Shown here piece by piece: positions 58,461 through 64,000 of a stretch of 64,000 nucleotides of DNA. Source of the DNA: Minutocellus sp. GHC0000111 (taxonomy: Eukaryota); contig OZ361256.1 of NCBI GenBank assembly GCA_977018835.1, positions 992,001 to 1,056,000 on the forward strand, read 5' to 3'. A program made the translations under genes and the position numbers. How positions within the stretch are numbered: position 1 is the first letter of the stretch; each line of letters starts with the position of its first letter. The notes under the pieces are model-generated. The model worked only from the letters and a program-made list of their open reading frames with translations, was not told the origin of the DNA and ran no database searches.

Positions 58461-59960
58461 ATGGACTCCTCACCCAGAGTAAGCGCAGCAACGGCGCCGG
58501 TTCCACCAGCTCCGGCCCCGACCGGGAGCAGCCTTACCGAACTTTCTCGGAAGGATATCGTCGAGCTGGCCAAGAAACATGGGATCAAGGCCAATTTAAA
58601 GAGCTCGCTGATTGTGGCAGAGCTTCAGAAACTATCCGAGTTCGGAAAGGACGGCGTCATCGCCGATCCCAAAGATTCGAATTCGATCGGCGCAGCAGCA
58701 GATGCACCTCCATCGGCAACGGAGGGCAATGCCTCGGGCCTAGCCGAGGTCAATGGCAATATTGATGCGGCGGTCATTGAGAATGGATCGCTTCCAAAGT
58801 CGGCACTTTCGTCTCGTGACGATTCCGATTCCGAGGCTCTTTCGGGGGAGGAAGTTGGCACAACTTGTGTTGCCGCTGGCAAGAAAGGGTCAGGTACCGA
58901 AGCAACAGCTCCTACTGCCGCCACGTCTCCATCTCCCAAAAAGGGAAAGAAGACGCCCACCACTGGCAGCGGTAGCAACATTCCAGCTTGGAAGGTTGCG
59001 TCTCGTGACTTTCGTGCCAACAAAAACAAGTCCTCTTCTTCTGCCGCTGCTGCCTTTGGCCACACGACGTCGCCGACCAAGTCGCGCCTTCCTCCACCTC
59101 CGGCGCTGCCAGCCCCGCCGGCCTTCAAGGCCAACACCAAGCGCCAGAAGGATCTGCCCCTGTCTCCGCGGAATCAGGCCCAGATGGCCAAGTACCGCGA
59201 ACGGCAGCAAATCGCCAGGAGGGAACTGGACGCCCCACCCCAGGCAGCCTTTGGCCATGCCTCGCACGATACGCAGAGCCGCGTCCCGCCCAGCCCGGCC
59301 AAGGAGAAGGTCGTGCCCTTCAGGGCCAACATCAAGAAGCAGAAGGTGATGGAATTGTCGGAAAGGAATAAGCGGCAGATGGAGAAGTTCCGAGAGAGGC
59401 AGAGGATGGCACGGAGCGGTGAGACCAAGAAGGCCGCCTTTGGTCACGGTACACAGACCACCAAGTCGAGGATTCCGCTTGGCACGGCACCGAATGGTAG
59501 CGGCAACGGCTGTGGCAGTACCAGTGGCGGTGATGCTTCCACTATGGATGATACCTCCTCCCTTGCTTCGGCCTCGTCGTCTCAGTCATCGAGTACAGCC
59601 GGTGTAAAGAGCAAGAAGAAGGCAGTGCCGGCTTGGAAGGTGGCCTCACGCGACTTTCGTCGCAAACCGGCAGCAGCGCAGGCTGCGGGTCAGGCCAAGT
59701 CCACGGCGGCGGCATTCGGACATGGTGTTAGCGAGACCAAATCTCGCGTGCCGATCTCCACCCCTTCGTCCTCTGGAGGGGACGATGACAAGGAGACAGT
59801 CAAAGCCTTCCGGGCCAATACCCGCAAGCTCAAAACGATGGAGATGACGGAGCGCAATCGCAAGCAGATGGAAAAGTTCCGGCAAAGGCAGATGGCTGGA
59901 AGGGAGGAGCGGATGAAGAAGGCGGCTCAGGAGAAGGAGATTATGTGTTCGCGAGATTGA
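58461..59960 (+). CDS. SAP-domain, basic repeat protein (NuSAP-like N-terminus)
   Basis: LSRKDIVELAKKHGIKANLKSSLIVAEL; internal repeats AAFGH..TKSR.P and F(K/R)AN...RN..QM.KFR.RQ. Confidence 0.65.
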   Translation: MDSSPRVSAATAPVPPAPAPTGSSLTELSRKDIVELAKKHGIKANLKSSLIVAELQKLSEFGKDGVIADPKDSNSIGAAADAPPSATEGNASGLAEVNGNIDAAVIENGSLPKSALSSRDDSDSEALSGEEVGTTCVAAGKKGSGTEATAPTAATSPSPKKGKKTPTTGSGSNIPAWKVASRDFRANKNKSSSSAAAAFGHTTSPTKSRLPPPPALPAPPAFKANTKRQKDLPLSPRNQAQMAKYRERQQIARRELDAPPQAAFGHASHDTQSRVPPSPAKEKVVPFRANIKKQKVMELSERNKRQMEKFRERQRMARSGETKKAAFGHGTQTTKSRIPLGTAPNGSGNGCGSTSGGDASTMDDTSSLASASSSQSSSTAGVKSKKKAVPAWKVASRDFRRKPAAAQAAGQAKSTAAAFGHGVSETKSRVPISTPSSSGGDDDKETVKAFRANTRKLKTMEMTERNRKQMEKFRQRQMAGREERMKKAAQEKEIMCSRD

Positions 59961-60784
59961 TGGATGACATTATGATTTTTTAAAAGGAGGAGCGGAAGTC
60001 CGTCGTCACTTTGAGAGAGAGATAAGATACGGATACTTATGATTCCGTGGCATTTTACCCAATTCAGCGTACATTGTATGCAACAATAAATGGTTGAATA
60101 TAATACCACGAGAAAGTGTGAGGAAAGTAATATGCGCGAGACAACAAAGATTTTTTTAAATTGCGGAGAAAGCCAGAGGGGATCACATTGCAGCAATACT
60201 GCTGGCGGTGGTCTCCGTAGATCTTAGGGGTAAGAATAAGAGCTGAGAGCTTGCTCCGTCAATATAACGTTGTTGTTGACAGTACATGTACATGTACCGG
60301 TAAATCATCATTGTTGCCAAACCGGTTGAGATCTACATGTACCGGTAGCTACAGTCCGTTCTCACCTATTATATATATATATAAAGCAATTGAGTCTCGG
60401 GCCCGAGGCCTCAAATTGCTTATTTTGGAATAAGGAATAACATGCGATTGAGGTACCAATTAGCTCTTAGAATAAGCAATATGCTCAGAATCTCAGCCCT
60501 CGCCTAAGCAATTACCAATTGCTTATAGGTGAGAACGGACTGTACATGTAGATTTTACTCATTCGTCTGTGGGACTCTGGGTCTGGCGAAGGGCAATTTC
60601 CGGGTTCCTTCGTCCGTCCACGCGCACGCCTTTTTCCACTTCAACCGGCAAGTCGTCGCCGGGCAACCGGCAACAGCAAACAGCAAGCGGACAAGCGGAC
60701 TGCATTACTCGTATTGTCTCTGCCGCCGATGCATTCTTTGCCTGCTGGCTGGTCAATTATCTCTTCACTCTTCTCTTCAAATCA

Positions 60785-61675
60785 ATGATGAGGACTATTG
60801 GCGTCTTGACATGTGCCTTTGCTGCCGCAGATGCATTCTCGGCCCAAGAGAAAGTTCCTTCTCGGCGTGACTTCTTGGCATCGGTGACCGCAGCCAGCAT
60901 CGCTACCATATCATCTCAACTCGCAACGCCAGTTTCGCCAGCTTTCGCGGCCTCGACAACTGCCGATGCCAAAGTAACTGACCGGGTGTACGTCGACTTG
61001 AAGGGCCTCGTCGATCCTGGCGAAGATCCTGTTTATGCCACGCCGAAGCGTGTTGTGATTGGTTTGTTTGGCGAAGATGCACCTCAAGCTGTCGGCATTC
61101 TCAAGAAGCTCGTGAGCAAAGAGGGTCTCCCCGCAGACTGCAAGCCCAAGGAGACTCGTACGTTGCAGCGGGAGCAATTGGAGGCGAATAAGGTGTACAA
61201 TTCTTGTATTGAATCGGTGGACAAAGGCGTGAATTACGACCTCAGTACTATTTGGAGAATCGACAAGGACAATCGGATAGATGTGGGGTCGATCCAAGGA
61301 AAGTACATTGCCCGAATTCCGCCGACTTTTGAAGAGTCCAACTCTGGACTCAAGCACGATGCTCCTGGTGTGGTCAGCGTTCGACGTGGGAACGACGGTG
61401 GCTTCGGTTTCACGATTTTTCCCGGTGGAGGCGACCCATCGGCGCTAAACGATGAACATGTGGTTGTAGGGCGTGTGTTAGAGGGAATGCAGTACGTACA
61501 GGCGATGAATGAACTTCCTGTTGTCCAGAGTTCCTCTGTCGGCTACAAGGCATTGGCCGGAGGAAAAACAAAGACCGCCCCAAGCCGTGCTTGTCGATAC
61601 GGCAGTACCGAGCTCTATTGTAACGAATTGAAGCCTCTGAAGAAGCTACAAATATCGGCCACTGGTTTGCTATGA
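60785..61675 (+). CDS. Thylakoid-lumen cyclophilin-like protein
   Basis: Signal ending ADA-F, twin-Arg SRRDFL, VTDRVYVD, VIGLFGEDAP, LKHDAPGVVSV, VVVGRVLEGM, KPLKKLQI. Confidence 0.85.
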   Translation: MMRTIGVLTCAFAAADAFSAQEKVPSRRDFLASVTAASIATISSQLATPVSPAFAASTTADAKVTDRVYVDLKGLVDPGEDPVYATPKRVVIGLFGEDAPQAVGILKKLVSKEGLPADCKPKETRTLQREQLEANKVYNSCIESVDKGVNYDLSTIWRIDKDNRIDVGSIQGKYIARIPPTFEESNSGLKHDAPGVVSVRRGNDGGFGFTIFPGGGDPSALNDEHVVVGRVLEGMQYVQAMNELPVVQSSSVGYKALAGGKTKTAPSRACRYGSTELYCNELKPLKKLQISATGLL

Positions 61676-61848
61676 GCAATGAGAGATGGGCTTTGATAGA
61701 ATTATACAGGTATGATCTTATCGCATCGCATCGGCACTGGCAGAGTACGAATCAAGCTGTGTTAGGCATTCAATACATACTTCTGTGCACAGTATTTAGT
61801 GAATTTAAGGGAGCACTCTTTTGCTCTCTTAAATTCAGTAAATTAAAT

Positions 61849-64000
61849 TCATTCGGCCGCGGCATCCAACCCATCGACCAATACTGCCAAACAATATGGA
61901 TATCACAAGGTTCGATTCTCATCGTATGTGTTCCTCAACTGGCCAGTGTTAGGGAAGAGTACCCATTCACGCCAATCCTCATCTTCGCCACCAGGTGTGA
62001 CGGCGACTACGCCATTTTTGTACCCGACAAGCTTTAGCACATTGGGTAGAAAATTCCATCCACCAAGAGTCATCTCGACCGGCCAATTCCGTAAGTTTGC
62101 ATATCGATTCCTGAATTTCTGCTCTTGGACATCTTCATTGCATGTCGCTAAACGAACAGAAGAGGCTTCACTTGTGCTTCCGGCCTCTACACAAAGACCG
62201 CTGGGTGTGTGGTAGAGCTGCCAATTTTACCTTGCCTCAAAGATTTGGCTAGGATCGGCAACCACGTTTCTGGCACAAGGAGTGGCCCCGACCAGCTGTC
62301 CAATGCGAAAGGATGGAACCGCTTGGGTTGTAAAAGTTGCAATAGGTGCAACACTGGTCATTGCAAAGTCGTCAAACTCAATTGGGATCCAGTGGCTTGA
62401 TCCGATACAACCAAAACCAGAACGGCCATCGCGAATGGCTGCGTTAGCGAAAAGTGTGTGCCCATCCAAAGCGCTGCTGGCAGCTTCGCCGCTGACGGTT
62501 AGATTCAAGGTGTGCCACGTATTAGCATCGACGTCGACATCAAAGCGAGTATCACCCGATGAAATAACATCACCGTCGGGGTATCCTCCTCCATTCAAAG
62601 GCCCCCCATAGGAAAGCGTCCATTTCCTTTTGAGTGGTTGGACACAGAGAATAATTCCCTCCGTGAAATACATGTTGACCCTTGCGCCAATGCAACCGGA
62701 GACACTTTCATCATCTAGAGACTCTTGCGACGGTATTCGAAACTTTGCCGAAAGGCTGACGTCGTTCATTTCTGAATTCCCTATGATTGAGACAGGTCCT
62801 CGAGCATTCGCTCCGTTCCCCATCCAACCTACACGTAGCGCAGGTACCATTTGTCTCATGAAATGATTTTGATTTGATGGTGAAGACAAGTCATCTCCAC
62901 CGCCAACTGTTTCACTGTGGATCTCGAATGCTCCAATTTGGTCCGTGAAGTATTTGGCTTCCTGAGCATCTTCGTAGTCTTCAAAGTCATCGTAGTGCGG
63001 AAGAGGGAATTGGGTATTGGATTTGGGTACTTGCGTGTCAAAGGAACCCTTTCTCGCCGTGTCGATAGTGCTAACCGTCCAAACTTCCCCAACTTCCACC
63101 ATTACAACAAATTTTCCGTTGGAATCTACGCTCGCAGGGCCGAGATATTCAAAGTATTGGCCGTCATCTCGCTCAAAATTGCTCCTCCACTGGTGCAGGG
63201 GCTTATCTCTCACATTTTTCGGCAGATGAACGTGAAGTTGAACTCTATCGGCGTCGAATCCAGGCAAGCGGGGTCGAGTACATTCTGCGTGGTCCCTGCT
63301 TATGTTGGTGATAACAAGTGTAAAATCTTGCTTATCTGGGCTAATCAGAGCATTATAAAAACCACCCGCGGCCAATTCACCAGATCCATTCCGTACCGGT
63401 AGGTATGTCCATCCAGGTTCTGTGAATTGTGTGTAGCTGTAGCATGAAATAAATGGTAATATTATAATAAAAATAATAATAATGGAAGTGCATGGTAGGA
63501 AATGAGCGAGTCGAGTCGACAGACATTCAGAATAGGTATACATACTCTAGTCCTATCAGCAAATGAAGATACTCACTGTGCTGTTGCCCATACTACTGGC
63601 GCAGCATCATCTCTTTCATAGTAGCCAGACCATGGTTGGTCTGCCCCAAATAATGCCGAGTTGTACCAGCTGTTGTAAAATGTGATGCGGTGAAACGTTC
63701 CAGTCTGAGTCTTTCGCGGCTTTAGAAGAAGACAAATAAATCCCATACAAATGGCAAATACAATCGTAAATAGAAGCCACAGCAAACATCTTCCCAGTAC
63801 AATACTTACTTTGTCCCATGAGTATATGCCCCAACAAGGTTCCACATGATGTTGCTTGTCATTCCTGACAGGACAAAGTGTGAAGAAATCACTCTTGCCC
63901 AGCACGCAGCTCCGTTGTTGTCGGCGTATGACGACGACTCCTCCGAGCTCCAAAATGGCTTGCCCAGCTTGTGACACTCGTCATATATTCCCTCAGGATA
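61849..64000 (-). pseudogene. GALC: GH59 galactocerebrosidase-like gene (5' end beyond window) with a ricin-like C-terminal domain interrupted by TAA 62227-62229 and TGA 61903-61905
   Basis: KPFWSSEE, ACWAR, MWNLVGAY, QPWSGYY, WATAH|YTQFTEPGW, YFTDQIGAFE. The frame continues past both stops (SGLCVEAG, YPYCL). Confidence 0.75.

Noticed and set aside
60700..60845. Apparent doubled signal-cleavage motif (SAADAFF / AAADAFS) upstream of the cyclophilin
   Set aside because: Only a short nucleotide match with no upstream in-frame ATG; probably a small duplication or chance.
1..64000. CRISPR arrays, rRNA, tRNA or a non-standard genetic code
   Set aside because: No spaced repeat array or structural RNA recognised; TAA, TAG and TGA all terminate intact genes normally.

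Overview
Gene-dense, intron-containing eukaryotic DNA, almost certainly from a diatom: it has an aureochrome 1a, signal-plus-'AF' bipartite plastid presequences and diatom-style Cys/RRL proteins. A dynein-assembly factor (CCDC103) hints at a centric species with flagellated sperm. About 33 genes or gene relics are recognisable, including two head-to-head pyruvate kinases, an HMG-box protein, a choline-transporter-like protein, two head-to-head EF-hand paralogs, plastid LPAAT, ORMDL, a K+ channel, RPLP1, Dus, CCT8, QSOX, AUREO1a, plastid RRF, a cyclophilin and GH59. Beyond the gene list, six things stand out. (1) TA-[short palindrome]-TA motifs are frequent and look like Tc1/mariner excision footprints; two can be shown from internal comparisons to be insertions at a TA, and one of these frameshifts an exon. 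(2) About a dozen genes carry frameshifts, premature stops or truncations, which is either real decay or consensus error. (3) An inversion-like structure has ~450-bp inverted arms made of CCT8/Dus 3' ends, with a bias toward synonymous differences. (4) A short 5'-truncated retroelement has an (AATAG)n tail and a 17-bp TSD. (5) A pyruvate kinase runs in frame into a KRBA2/Ginger-like integrase. (6) Several proteins are unusual: a Cif-like Cys-His-Gln candidate, an MFS-like/CRAL-TRIO fusion, and a ~1,400-aa chitin-binding/silaffin-like protein. All family calls are by-eye motif recognition; no searches were run.
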